A stretch of DNA of 64,000 nt from contig JAQGDQ010000006.1 in the NCBI GenBank assembly GCA_030141605.1, positions 1,575,067-1,639,066 of the forward strand, in the 5' to 3' direction. The translations under genes and the position numbers were made by a program. Source of the DNA: Tubiluchus corallicola (Eukaryota; Animalia; Priapulida). Positions 27,580-42,317 of the stretch are shown here, one piece after another (the first letter of the stretch is position 1; each line of letters starts with the position of its first letter). Below the pieces are notes generated by a model. The model made no database searches, had not been told where the DNA came from, and saw nothing but the letters and a program-made list of their open reading frames with translations.

Positions 27580-27860
27580 AATAGCTCAATCGGCTGCAAG
27601 CTGTTTTTCCATGTCGAAGGTTGCCGGTTCAATTCCGCGTTTAGCAGTTAGCTTAAAGCAGTTAGAAATAAAAACAATGTTTACTGGAACTTTCTTCATG
27701 TATTGAACAAACAGGGTCAAGTTTCTGCAACACAGAAAAAAGGTTAACTCCACCCAGCGAATATAACGACGCATATATGCTTCACCCAGGTATATCAGCC
27801 CGTCGGCTACATAGTGAGACGGGGAGATGGAGACATTAACCCAGACAATCTAGAACCTGT
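27580..27860 (+). mobile_element. Decayed tRNA-derived SINE
   Basis: TAGCTCAATCGG...GGTTGCCGGTTCAATTCC head followed by a moderately GC-rich body. Confidence 0.45.
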
Positions 27861-28049
27861 AGTTGCTCAATGGCTGGAACCATGTACTCTGTGTGTGTCA
27901 TATAATCGCTCATCTTAGACAACTACCTAAATATTCTGACATCGACACATCATCGCTGACATCAATATTAGCACATAATGATACCGCTAAACAAGTGGAA
28001 AATGTACATAGATGTTCGTTGTTATTTAGTTTAAAAATAATTTATTATA

Positions 28050-28470
28050 GGATTGGATCAGACAGTTTGAACAACATTATTTAGGATCCTCATCACAACA
28101 GACTTTATACACTATTTACAAAAACATTTACAGTAAGAATAGACTATAACTACACAAGCTGACAAGTTTTACTACAAGATTACATTAGACATTAGTAGAA
28201 AATGACGGTTAGAAAATATTAATGTACGAATATTTAAGACTGATGCATTTCATATCAGATAGAAACTACTGGAAGCGTTTAGTACGTAATATAAAGTCAT
28301 GTAGGCATTGGAATATTGTACAGTTAGCAACATAGTTAAGTTCATCTTTTCCGAATAATAACAATTTCAACAGATCATTAGTTCCTAAGGCAGCTATATT
28401 AAGGTTGTCGGGCAGAAGTTGCTATTTCAGCGAATGCCTTTGTATATTTAGACATACGAAAACTATTTTG
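28050..28470 (-). mobile_element. LINE ORF2 C-terminal/3' UTR relic
   Basis: Minus strand encodes LLKLLLFG... and IFQCLHDFILRTKRF-like segments typical of LINE ORF2 ends. Confidence 0.5.
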
Positions 28471-28953
28471 CATTACTATTGTATAATATTGCTGCGTATA
28501 ATAGTACTTGCATTTTGCTAAAAGTGTTTTTTAATATGCACCCAGTTTGCATTTACGTGACGTCACTGATGTAGCAGTAAGGAACATGCCTTGTTACGAA
28601 CTTCTTACAGCTACCTTGCAATTTGTAATTTTATTATAATTTTGTTGGTCAATAAATTACATACATACGTAGGTAAGTGACGCCCGCAGCATTTTTGATA
28701 CGCCACAAATTGCGTAACGTGCAATTTGCGCATGTACATTAAGTGCATTACTAAAATAACGCAAATGGATTATAAGGTAATTTCGATGCCATTTATGGCA
28801 AAACAGAAAGCCTATGCTTGCGGCAGGCTAGTGTTAACAATTTTGAAGTAATTCGACGTAAAATTTTAACATTTATGAAAATGTCGGTCTAATTAACTTA
28901 ATTTATACAAGCGAACAAAAACATAACTTGAGGAAATGAGTTAAAGTGTTAAT

Positions 28954-29178
<225 letters not shown>

Positions 29179-31899
29179 ACTTTTAAAACAGCAATCCGTT
29201 TTCAAAACACAAAAATTAAAAACAAAATCACAATTATTGTACATTAAGTTGTTTGTCTTTAAAACATTTGAAAGATCACGTTTCGTAAACAACAACACTG
29301 CGCATTACAGTCAAACTACACTGAATTAAACTAGACGCATCGACGCATGCACACTGCCATCTGTTTGAATACGTAATTTCGCGTGCAATTTAGATTTTGT
29401 TTTGGAAGATTTTGCAAAAAAAGTTTCTAAAATATTGCTAAATTAAACGCCTCTGGGTCTGTTTTTGCCAGCGCAGACTCAAGGTCTTAAAATGGCTGGC
29501 TTAAAATGTGACTAGGACAAGAACAAACTAATTGGCAAAACTTGAAAAGGTTGGGCAACTAAACTTACACAGCTTATAACACTCAAGGGAAATAAAAATT
29601 TTGGAGGGATGCTCGGTGACCTATGGTGGGTCAGTCAGGGTGGTAGTTGTTGGCTGCTTAAACTACAGGTGTTTGAAACTGAGTTACATAATAAAGTGTG
29701 TAGAGATTTAATACACGCCTCTAAATTGGTCACTCCAAGTGAGTGGGCGCGGCTGACAGAAGCCAAAATGTAAAATAAGGAGTCACAGGTTCGATGACCT
29801 GTTAAGAAATTACCAGCAGCCAAATTTTTGTTTTACAAAGTAGATACCTGAGGGCATTCTTATAGTAAACAGAGATTCTATCGAATAACGTTTAGAATTC
29901 AATAAGTAATTAAACAATGTTCAAGTCAGTTGACGGAGAAAGAAAAAACTTCAGAGACATTATACTGGGAGCCGACTAGGGCACAGATCCTAAATTTTAG
30001 ACTAAGCTTTTCAACATGTCTGTGAGCAGAATCCGCCAGTCTTATTTAAACGAACCAACTGAGATTGCACCAGCAAATGGTGCATTATTACATATGTACC
30101 AGCGAAATTACATGTTCTCTTAGCAGAATTAGCCAGTTTTATTTAAAAGAACCAACCGAAATGCACCGACAAATTTGCAAAACATGCCGACACAAGAAAA
30201 TGGGTTAACAGAAAAGACATTTTTGACGTAAGCATACAGCTCGAAGACTTTGGGAGTCTGGAAAAGAGTTTCATAACCTATATTGGATAACTTATAAATC
30301 ATATTCCTGGTGGCAATTGCCCGAAATGATACGTTGACGGTCGGTAATTTGGACAATACAAACGTCAAATATAATAAAAATGAAGTGGATAAATACATCA
30401 AAGTTTTATGGAGTAGAAAAATACAACATGTAAACCAGTAGACCGGTAATCCGCAAGAGATAATTCCTGTGTGGCTTAGAAAATAATGACATTCGGACCA
30501 TTTACAGAAAGAGAGACACTAATGTATATAGATATTGTAAAAGAACTAACCCAAAATGATCTTATAGTAAACTGATTATACAGGATACTGTGTTATATAC
30601 GAATGACATTAGCTTAACATTATTTATGTATGTAGAAGCTACAACATATACTATTTGTACATACAGTATAACATGTATAAACAATGTACGCAATTATTAG
30701 ATATATAATTAGAATTAATAAATCATAATGCAGTATTGTTAGCTTGTTTAGTAAGAAATTGTAACTGTGAAGAATTTAATGTAAAAATTTATTCAATGTA
30801 CATAATGTAAAGATTCATTTAACATTTTTGTACTTATGTGCCCTGCAAATAGCGGGCTTATTGTATCATTTTCAATAAAGATTTTTAATAATAATAATAA
30901 TAACAATAATAATAATTCCTGGTGGGGGACACTTTCAGCAGGTCAACCAGCAACTTTTAGTTTGTGATTAAAAGTCAAAGGCCAATTCGCAAAATTACAT
31001 CTCAAACACTAGAGGAATAAAGTTCAAAACTTAATAGTATTAAGCAACAGATTAGTGTGAGGACAGATTATAGAAGGAATCCCCGGCAGCACTGAATGTG
31101 TGATTGAGTTCAAAAGCTAATTTCTCAACTGACAAATAGCTTAAACAGTAACGAAAACTCAACATGTGGAATAAAAGCAAGCCAATTAATAAGTAAATTG
31201 ACGCGACGAAAATGTTAACGCCCTTCACTTGCAAGCCTTTGAGTTTCGTACAGTCTATCTGTGACGCTGCAGGACAGTGTCTTGCAACCCAGATCTATTT
31301 ACTTCATTATTACCTGAACAAAATGTCGCAGGTTGTATTTAAGTACAGTGATCGGAAACATGCATTGCCGAATTTTGATGATTAATCGCTAAAATAATTT
31401 TTGCTTGAATTAACGACTATGAATCCACTATGAGCTCATTGATTTGCCCTCACTGCCCCAAGTTTTTTTTAAATCAATTTGTGAAACGCAATGCTTCCTC
31501 GCTTTCCAGGTGCTAAACTCTGACCGTATAACAGACGTACAAACAAAGTCTTTTTCAACATTTTATTCGCGAAATATCACAATTACAACTTACGGGCAAA
31601 GGCTCGTGTTGCACAAGCTAAAGTTTTTAATCCTTTGGAGCTTAACGACACCACATTATTCAAAACTTAATAATGTTATTGAGCGCATAGCTGTGTTGTT
31701 TGAATACAATAGTATAGCACTATTACTCTTCCCTCCATTTTGCAAAAAAATCTTTGAGAGGCACAATAAATGCAAGTTTAAAGCAGCGCAGAAAACATTT
31801 TTTAAATTTAAGCTCAAATGAGTCTGCTGTAATTGGCGTAAATTTAGCGTAAAATTGCTGAGATACATAATTACGGCACACGTTATAGACTGAACTATC

Positions 31900-32338
31900 A
31901 CTACATACAGTGCAACACTAATGTTAGAAAATTTTCTATTAAATACAATGGAATTCAATTGCTCCAGCTATTAAAAATGCCAACTCGCTGCCCATATTTA
32001 AAAAAATTTATAAATTAAACTTACTTGAAACGTATAACTGATCACTCAATCATGATTTGTTGTTTTTCATTTTCAAAAACTTCCCCTCTAGTATAATAAT
32101 ATTTTTATTACTTCCCACCCGTATTTATATTTGTATATATTGTAATATTGTATCTGTATATATTGTAATTTTTTCGTAACTAATTCTAGTGGCCTACCAT
32201 AAGCTAGCTTCTTAGGTCTCTAGCGCAGAATTCATGAATTGTATCATAAGTTTGTATTAACAAAAACTGATTATCGATGCACATGTAATGTATATGTATA
32301 TGTTTATTGCGAAATAAATCTATTAAATCTAAAAAAAA
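31900..32338 (+). mobile_element. CR1/L2-group LINE 3' end
   Basis: WNSIAPAIKNANSLPIFKKIYKLNLL followed by a TG/AT-rich UTR, AATAAA and a short tail. Confidence 0.6.
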
Positions 32339-32877
32339 TCTGACCAGTTGCATTTTATCTGTGTTTTATCACATACGCGTGTGCATTGTTAAGTACGTAT
32401 GAGATACCCGTGACGACCGCCAAAACGAACACAGCTTGTTTCACCTGCACAAAGCTTTTCATTATGGCATGGTATTTTAAATATGGTCTGGTTATCAGTA
32501 ATATCTACATTTGGCACCCAATCATGTGTTTCGTTCAGTCAGTGCTGCTTTAAATCTAGGAAGCCACAACAACAACGGAGCAATAATCATTTAACTAACC
32601 GAAGTCTAATACATTCTGAAATGTAGCAGTTTAACTGCTGCCAGCGTTTAACCTTTTCCAAACTTAAATCATTTAATCCAGGCCATTATCCCGGGCCACA
32701 AATTTCCATCTTTATTGCTCGCCGCATAATAACCGCCTAACACCTCACGACAATTTATGTAAAATATAAGCCGGTGCCGACATTTCCGTTTGTGAGCACT
32801 ATGCTGTGTTTTGTTGCTATGCTGTAATGGCTGATGCAGTCTGTTCAGCTTGAGAAGGGGGATTGGGGAGCAGTGAA

Positions 32878-33113
<236 letters not shown>

Positions 33114-33197
33114 AAAGCAGATATACCATTTTGTTTTCACAATAACACGTATAAAATAGACTAAACATGACCCATAAGTCCGAAGCGGTGTTTTATC

Positions 33198-33474
33198 CAG
33201 TGCCGTATTCACACTTGGTGAGGATATAAGCACTATATAAGGCTCTGAGGCCCTCTTTTTTTAAATTTCGCCAATTGGTCCCAGAAAACTTGAAAATATG
33301 CGTGGCTTAATTATTTATAGCAAAGAGAACAATACACTTGACTAAAACATTACTAAATTATTACTTAAATATAAAAATGGGTATAAAACCCAATCTGGAA
33401 CCTTGTTGAGGCCCCATGTAGATTGTGAGGCCCTAAGCTGTCGCTTACTCAGCTGATACCTAAACCCGGCGCAG
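33198..33474. mobile_element. hAT-like MITE
   Basis: Termini CAGTGCCG ... CGGCGCAG with a perfect 8-bp TSD GTTTTATC (33190-33197 and 33475-33482). Confidence 0.75.
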
Positions 33475-35875
33475 GTTTTATCTTAGTCAGGCAAGTGATT
33501 AGTACGCATTCAACAAACGTGGGTGAATGCTAAGTTTGATCCCCTTGTGTTACATAACAGGAAATAAAAGTTTTGCTTATGAAATTTTTACAAATTACAG
33601 CAGGGTTCCAGAATTGGTCAGCTTCGACTTTAGAGGTCAAACAGATCATTCGGGAGGTCTAAAGTAGGTTTAAAAGAGGGTCGAAAACTGACATTCGTAT
33701 AGAAAATAAAAATACATAAAATACTAAGATAAAATATAATTTGTTTATACATTAATGCCTAACTCATATATAATCATAATTCATAAGTCTTGATTATCTA
33801 TTTATTTTATATTCAGTTTGCTAGTACACAATGATATCCATATTATGTTGTTATTATTATGGTAATAATTTATGATTAATTGGAACCAAAAGGCAATGGA
33901 CCGTTATAGTACCAATGTTTCTATATTTGGATAAATTGACTTACATTTTCTTTCCCTTTATCGTGTTCTATTATTTAAAAGACTCGATGTAATCATCATC
34001 AACACTGAAATCTTTTGATATTTGAAATTTTTTTAGTTCATTTTACTTCAAAACTGGGTTGTGGCAACGTTAGATAGAGTGTCCCGGGCTTCCTAGTTAC
34101 TTCATTTCCTGTCCTATTCACTTACGTCATTTCCTAGTTACGTCACTTCCTGTCCTACTCACTTACGCCAGATTTCATGAGGAGGTCGGTGGTTTAAAGA
34201 GTTTGGTTTTCTAAACTACAGGCTGCCAGTGAGTTGACTATTTCAAATACATCGCTTTATATGAAGTCAGATGTCATTTGAAGATCACTGATGACAATTG
34301 GATATATTCACAAAATTAGCAGCAAGCTTGTAAAAAATTCTCAAGAATTATGAAAAAAAATTTGGTCTATCATCCAGCATGGAAGCAGGCATGCGCTATT
34401 TTTCTTGCGCTTGTAGTATTAGTCAGTCCAACACTCGCATTTGTATTAGGATTCATAATGATGAAATTTGAGAAAAGCAATATATGTAAAGTACACACAA
34501 ATGAAACTTTGATGAAAATGCTGATAGGAGTAATATTATATGAAAGTCTAACGTCCGCGAGTCTACTTAGGGACACCCAATTGCCCTTGGACAGTTTCAT
34601 AAAGCAAAATATATCGTTTAACTGCAGGCAGCGGTTTTACGCATTATTAACTTTCTCCTCCTTCTCTGCTTTCTCCTCTTCTTCTGTGTCTCTTTTAAGG
34701 GCGTATAAACATAGTCAAACTCCAAGTGTTCAGCAGAACTCGGGAAACTTTTGATTGGCCCCTAAAGTGGTATTTTTGTACGGTAATTTAGTTATTTGCT
34801 CAAAATATACAGAAAAATTTACGCACGAAAAGAACATACGTACAAAACATATTCTGTATCTAAGTCAACATTTTTATTACGCTAGGTCTAACAACAGACA
34901 GCGAGTGCAAGTCTCCCCTTGGTGCTGCGGGCTGCCGTATCGGCTTTTAGTTATCCATATGCAACGGAATATTTTTCTGTTTCAAGACAAGTTTATACAG
35001 TTTCAAGACAAACTTTTATTGCTTGGAAACAGTTTGTACTTTGGAAGTTTAGAAGTGGGACTTTGCTTGCTTTGTTAAATTTAAGTTTGTTCTGAAATTA
35101 AATGTTTGTAGTGGATTAGCGTGCCCTCGTAAGACAAGGACAACATTTATTTGCTGTCGCTTGTTTAATAGACAACACTTGCACTAACAGTTATTTAGCG
35201 GCTTATACTTAAAACAATATGGATAAGGACACTTAAACACGAATATGTAGGGTATGTGCCCTGACATTGGTAGCCGGTAGTCTCGAACTCAAGACTGCAT
35301 GTCCGAAATCTAGACCAGTCGGCCAACCAACCCAAGACAATGCTGCTACGTCAATTATTACTTCGGGTCTTCCTTAAATTTTTTCCAACTTCTAATTTCT
35401 GAACACTCCGTTCAAGACTAGAATAATCTCCTCTCGATAAGAAGTTGACCAACAAGCACTTTCCACGATTTTTCGGGCGCCATAATTCAGTAAGCTCGCA
35501 AGACCATAAAAAACTTTTAGCGTCAAGTTTCAGCTTCTGTTTGCAAACAATATTATTTCTGAAAAATTGTATTCATCTTATTTAATCTTGCATAATCCTC
35601 GACAAATTTCGTTGAGCCACTTCATAAAATAATCCTTGCTAAATCCGCCGATATTCTTTCACGGCGATCAACAGCAATCTTTCTGTCGTCATTAGTGGGT
35701 TCTTACTGCACAATAACTTTTTCATAGCGGATTATCAGAATGAATGTGATTGGAGCTTCCTCTGATTAGCAAAGGGAAGTCTTCCATTCTTTATGAGTGT
35801 TTGTTGTCGTGCAATCATTGACTACTGCAGAGATTATGCAAAGAAAACTTAGCCTGGTGGATAAGAGTAGAATTT

Positions 35876-36250
35876 ATCATCATCATCATCATCATCATCT
35901 ACATCATCATCATCATCATCACCATCACCATCATCATCATCATCATCACCATCATTGTCATCGTCACCATCGTCGTCGTCATCGTCGTTTTCATCATCAT
36001 CATCAACAACATCACCATCATCATTACATCGTCGTCGTCATCGTCGTTTTCATTATCATTATCATTGTCGTCGTCGTCGTCATCATCATCATCATCCTCA
36101 TCACCATTATCGTCATGATCATGATCATGATGATGATCATCATCACCATCATTGTCATCGTCATCATCGTCGTCGTCATCGTCGTTTTCATCATCATCAT
36201 CGTCATCATCATCATCATCAACATCACCATCACCATTACATCGTCATCGT
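35876..36250. repeat. (CAT/CGT)n microsatellite
   Basis: Direct reading. Confidence 0.95.
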
Positions 36251-37843
36251 TATTTCGCGTCGTCACTATTGTTTTCGTCACTTCTCAGAACATTATTCCC
36301 CTATAGTTATAATATTGCTATAATACGCAAAACCGTCTTACAACAACTATACCTCCTTCATTCTTTTTTCATCCTTCAAACATCAACATCACTCACCAAT
36401 GTTTTCATCGTCGTCGTCGTCGTCGGTAGCTCATTGTCGATGTCATCTGTTCTTGTTATCATTGCCAGTAACTTTGTCTGTTTTTAATCTACCCTTTGCT
36501 AGTTTGGTTTTGTTTTATGACGCAGATTTGCACGTTTATAGAAATACAATCTAGACGAGCGCATCCCTTCTCATTAAATGCAACACTTAGAGAGAAATGT
36601 GCTGGTAAATTGTTTCTAAACAACCCTAATTGTTGAGTTGAACAAACATTAAAAGCCTTGTAGGTAAAGGCGAAATTACTTGCATTTGCACAATTATTTT
36701 AACATACAAACTACATGTATTTTTACAAGCAAATGAAAAAAAATTGTAATCAAATCTTATCTCTGGCCTTCAGGTGTGAAAATAAATTGATAAAGTGGGT
36801 GTTATGGTGGCCATAAGAACGGAAGAAACGTGATAATGGTAAAGGTACTTTCACATGCATACAGAATGTGCTGCGATGATGTCGATCGGGCAGACGATTA
36901 TTCACTTGTTTCGTTGGAAGTACATTCCGTAAAAATATGAAAGCACCTTTAGTTATTATATAGTCAGAAATTTATTTTATCGTAAAAATAAGCTTCGATG
37001 AGATTGCTGTATTACAAAGAAAGTTCTTAGAAAACAAAAATATTGCCGCATGAAATAAATGTAATATCGCGCAACAAAACAAAGTTGCCAACGAAAGTGT
37101 TTTAAATAATTATCTGATAAAAGTAAACAAGTTACTATTGGATGAAGCTTGAAATATTGTCTAAAACAAATACTAGGCATCATTTCGAATTTCGAATAAT
37201 GCTGGAAAAATATGCAGGTCACGACAAGTGATCGTCACAACAGAATGTGCTTTTTCTGTTTTTTTTTCACTGAAAACTCAACAGTTATTTTAATTAGAAT
37301 AAAACGATAATAGTCTTTAAAAACAAATTACCAAAAAGCTCCCTTCGCTTGTAAGCCTATAATTTCTCCAATGGGCTTTCTTGATTTTTTTCGGTGAATT
37401 TTTTCAACCAATCACCATTCTTACTGGGTAATGAGCTTGAGCTCTTACAAATTAGAAAAGTTTCACAAGAGTTCACTGCTGTACCTGAAGATTATAGTCC
37501 CTATACGACGTCCTCATAACATTAATTTTAAATACGTAATTGTTAAATTATTATTTAAAGATAGTCACGTGTGTCTCTTCTTTCCCATTATTGAACATTA
37601 TTTTATTATAAACTAACACATTCGTACAATAATTCAATTTTCATTCGTCTTAAATGCAAAATTTGATAATTTTTAATTACCTGGTACATGCGCATTAACT
37701 AATTAATTATATTAGTAACAATTCTTACCTATGTTAGGGTGCAATGAACAATTCACCTTACAATAAGGCTACAGATGAATCTGCCATTGGCTCTATTTTA
37801 GTGTTTAAAATGAATGATTACCGTTAGAAGTGTGCATACTTAC

Positions 37844-38114
37844 TTGCAAATAAACTATTGACTAGATTAAAAGGTAAACAGAAGAGCAACACCAATATGT
37901 CCGCCGCCGCAAGGTTAGCAATGAAAAGATTGGTAACGTTCCACATGTGTGGACTTCGAATCACCACAGCTAACACAAAACTGTTTCCAACCACTCCCAC
38001 AATGAACACTATCACGTACGCCATTGTTAGAAACACTATTTCCCAGTTATGGTCCAATTTTAGCTCCGTGCTGTAGGATAAGTTAGTTCTCGATATATCG
38101 GTGGAATTCGACAT
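37844..38114 (-). CDS. SIFamide/NPFF-receptor-like GPCR, first coding exon (N-terminus, TM1, TM2); apparently shared by cassettes A and B
   Basis: ATG at 38114 gives [13 protein letters not shown]...[52 protein letters not shown]. It has N-glycosylation sequons (NST, NLS), the TM1 GN motif and the TM2 NLAxAD motif. It ends at a phase-1 donor A|GTAAGT (GT at 37843-37842); 271 nt. A pyrimidine-rich acceptor (TTCTTTTCTTATAG) at about 38228 implies an upstream non-coding exon. Confidence 0.93.
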
Positions 38115-38652
38115 GTTTTGGAATAATATGGTCGCCAGTAAAAGCAAATTAACGTTCAGCGTCCACTGAAGTATGACTGCTGCCGCTAGCCACTGGTGAT
38201 TAATGAAGAGACTGGTCCTTCAGGTCACTATAAGAAAAGAAAAGAACTTCGTAAAGAAGAATTTTGATTTTTTACAGCTTCCTACTAGATAAAAACTAGG
38301 AAAAATATTTATTAATGGTAAATGACATTAACATTATCGCGATTAACATTATCGTTTATTTTCATAAGCAGTTGTGTAATGCATCTTATATTATGTACGT
38401 ATAAATAATGTAATGTACATACCCTCATAACGTTTCTTGTATATATTTCTTGCATATACAATATATATTGTATATATATACAGGGCCTAGTATATTTTTC
38501 ACGGTCATAAACTCTAACCTCACTATCAACAACAATGCAAAAGGTAAAGAACAATGTTGATATCGATCCCTTCCCCAATTCTACCTAGCCAATCACAAGA
38601 CAGGTCACGTGACTTTCACAGAAATTATACCTGGTTCTACATTATACATAAT

Positions 38653-38898
38653 GGTAATCCCCCAATTCGCCAGTTATCTTTTCGCCAGTCTACTTTTTCG
38701 TCAGTGCACTTTTTCGCCAGTCTACTTTTTCGCTAGTGCAATTTTTCGCCAGTCTACTTTTTCGCCAGTGCACTTTTTCGCCAGTCTACTTTTTCGCCAG
38801 TGCACTTTTTCGCCAGTCTACTTTTTCACCAGTGCACTTTTTCACCAATTACTTTTTCGCCTGGCGAAAAAAGTAGACTGGCGAAACGATATACAATC
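38653..38898. mobile_element. Mutator-like (9-bp TSD) miniature element made of ~15-bp TTTTCGCCAGT repeats
   Basis: Perfect 9-bp TSD ATACATAAT (38644-38652 and 38899-38907). Tandem TTTTCGCCAGTCTAC / TTTTCGCCAGTGCAC units, inverted at the right end (CTGGCGAAAAAAGTAGACTGGCGAAA). Confidence 0.75.
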
Positions 38899-40551
38899 AT
38901 ACATAATAAACCCTGTCCTAGTAAAAGTTTTCAACAGAAACAACACTGCACGCGAGTTCTTCAAATGGAAAAAGAACTTTCTCTTGGAAATTCAACAATC
39001 TAAACCACACACGCAGCGCCGCCAAGCGTATCAGACGTGCAAGATTACACCATTTTCCTCTTCAGTGTAAAATCAATAAAAACTTTTCATCAAAATACTA
39101 ATCATTAGTAGCTTCTCAAGAATCTGTAATTGAGTTCAATCACTGACTAGTGAAACACGGGATGAATCTAAAGCGGGCATTCTTGCTTTTTGGTCATTAT
39201 CATGAAATCTATCAAACTGTAACGCTTAGCATTTTACATGCTTTATCTATTAGCTCTGACATTCGAAGCATTGCTGACAATCGTGTAACCTTACCATAAG
39301 AGTCTCAATGGAATTTGAACATGACAAGCAAATGTAAGTTCGCCTGTGTCAAAGACAAAAATCTCAACAGCTACTGCGCAGACGGAAAGATAACTATTGC
39401 GCATTTACTTTTAGATTTTACAATGCCAATGTGTACATGTACATACAGAACAATATGTAATATACAAAGTTTATAAATCATCAGCACATGAAGACACAAC
39501 AAGTCGAAATTGTAAGAAAACTTGTGCAGAGTGAACTTAACAAATGAGTGGACACAAAAAAGATAATTTAAAAAAAGAAAAAATGGTGATGAAAAAAACA
39601 CAAAAACGAGAAATTGGGACACAGACATATAAGTTGCCGTCAATATTAACTTTTTTTTGTCATAACTGACTAACTGACGCACTACCATCATTATCTTAAT
39701 CATCGTCGTTGCCACTGCGGTCGTTGTGGTCACTGTTATCGTCAAAATAATTATCATCATCATCATCGTCATGATGCCGCCGCCGTCGTTGTTGTTGTTG
39801 TTGTTGTTGTCGTCGTCGTTATCATCACCACCACCATAACCATCATTTTTCTTTTTGCTTCTCTTCTTTTCACAAATTTCGTTTTTTGTTTTAGCGTTTC
39901 TCTTTTTTAATAGCTAAAAACACGTATCAGCAGCATCTGTATTATATTACTCTGATTTGCTTTGAGTGAATTAAAAACATTTGCCTTTGATTAGAGAATC
40001 CCCGTTCAAAAGAGGCATAACAAGATTACTAGAGCAATCATAAAGAACGCAACATGGTAATTAACACGGTATTTTTGATTTGGTTTGTAATCATACCGCT
40101 TTATTGCTGAAAAAATAATTAAAACGATGAACGAGTATGAGTCATAAAGTCTAATTACACTCGACGCTTTGAGTGGGTCGGATACAAGTTCACTTTAGAC
40201 TTGTCTTTTGTGACGGAACGGAAGTGTACGAGAAAATTAAAATTTAACGCGTTGCATAATAATTATATTATAATTAATTGAAGGCGTGGTACGTTTGAGT
40301 CGATCTAACCACGTGACTGGGTTTAAAATCAATCTAATGTTTCCAATAATATTCTGTTGTTAACTTCCAGCTATAGTGACTTTAATTTTCAATGTTTTAT
40401 GTTGCAAAACATTTTTTGTAAACATTTATTTGAAATAATTGCCTTTAGCAAATAAATGCTGATCAAATTGCTTCAGGCTGCAAAATTTACAGGAGTGCAG
40501 TTTGACAGGAAAAACAAATCTATCACAAAATATACATAACTATTCCAATTG

Positions 40552-40810
40552 TTAATTATGATAATTAAAACGGTTAGATGAACCAATATATTGCTGCACC
40601 AGATCAAATAGAATGATGTTCTGTTCATAACTTAGTAGTGAACTACCTGAAAGAAAAACTGAAGTTTCTAATTGTGGGTTAAAGTTATTTATATTAAAAG
40701 GTAATGTGTTTGTTTGGTATAGGTTTGTTAGTCGTTCTTTGAGGTCCTCTCTACTAGCAACATGCAAAGGGCAATCGAGCAAAAAATGTTTAATACTTTC
40801 AAAACACTTT
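40552..40810 (-). mobile_element. LINE ORF2 C-terminal fragment
   Basis: ESIKHFLLDCPLHVASREDL...FLSGSSLLSYEQNIILFDLVQQYIGSSNRF. Confidence 0.7.
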
Positions 40811-41342
40811 AAATCTGAAAACAGGCTACCTGTTGAAATTGTAGACATAATTTAAGAGCTAGACACATTTTTTGCTATTGCTTCTTTTGCTGAAACTGTT
40901 GTTGTTACCACAGCTATTGTTGCTGCAGTTGTTACTGTCTTCTAGATGTGGCAACTGATTTTATTGGGGGTCCTACTCAGCAAATTTTATACCTATAAGG
41001 CAAAAATAAGGAACTTCCGTCTAAAAACAGTAACGAATATTCAGACATATCCAAACCCTAAGGTCCGCGCAGACATGTAAAACTTAAGAAACTGTTGATT
41101 AACTATCTGCATAACATTTCAACAATAGTTGATTCTAAATTAAAAGGTACGACTTATTTTGCTAAGAATTAGTGTATTCAATTAGCACTGTGAAACATAT
41201 GTAGATGTGTTTGTCATAAATTATGGTATTTTTTAATATACTGCGCTTAAAAAGAACCCTGTAATTGTAGGGACGTGTTCCTGTATGCCTTGTTTTTTTA
41301 ATTGTGTCATTTATTAATTGTACTTGAGCTTATGTTTGTAAA

Positions 41343-41450
<108 letters not shown>

Positions 41451-41629
41451 ATCTTTCATCGCTAAACAACATTTGTATTAATATTTCGAGTCTTTTAACT
41501 GCATAGATGGCTCCATTCGTTCACTTTTAAGCAGTTTTTGTTATTAAGGTAGCATATCACATTATGGTGCAGCTGCTACACCAATTGAGCTTAAATTTTG
41601 CATGGATTATATTGTAAAATATGCCCACA

Positions 41630-41830
41630 GTATAGTAAGAGAAGGCCAAAGATAAGAGTCGTTTCTCTCAGGTAATGCTGTAACGCTTCTCCACTTGATG
41701 TCGAGCTTACGCAGCAGTTCATCAAAACTATTTGAACTCATCCGATAATAACTAAATTACTCGGATGAAGCCAGTAAAAGTGGTCATAGAGCTTATAAAA
41801 TCGCCCTTTCACTAATCGCTGACTACCTCT
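41630..41830 (-). mobile_element. PIF/Harbinger transposase N-terminal relic
   Basis: Minus strand FSYYRMSSNSFDELLRKL resembles the FxxYFRMSxxxFxxLL motif; degenerate on both sides. Confidence 0.5.
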
Positions 41831-42317
41831 TCAATCTTCATAGCGCCAGTTGCGCAATTTAAAATTGCTTGTCTGGGGGTGCGATTTTGGTGCACGAGTA
41901 AAATTGCTACAATTTTCGGCTGCACAACTTTTAATTGCGCAACTGAAAATTGCACATCTACGCGGGGACTAATAAGCTTGAAATTTAGTTCAACACGTTT
42001 GTTCTTCTCGTTATACAAACGAGAAGTGAGGATCCCGCTGCTAAATGAACTGCCCCAGGCCTGCCCAAGCTCATATAAAGTAATTGATGAAGAATTTGTT
42101 AAATGGCGCACAAAACGGTATAAAAGTAAAAATAGTGCGCGCACATCAATTCATGGTTAATTAAGCGCATAATTTTACAAGTTTTGCGCAATTATAAGGC
42201 AAGATTTTGCCAATTTTAATGTAGCAAATGAAACGACATCGCAATAAACGTACCCAAGATTTTATACATTTCGTAATTAGAAATAGCAAATGAGTAGTAC
42301 AAAGAAGCGCCTTTTTT

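Noticed and set aside
34350-35790. ORFs and coding-looking sequence in intron 1
   Set aside because: No recognisable domain or consistent splice sites; probably degraded transposon sequence that I could not classify.
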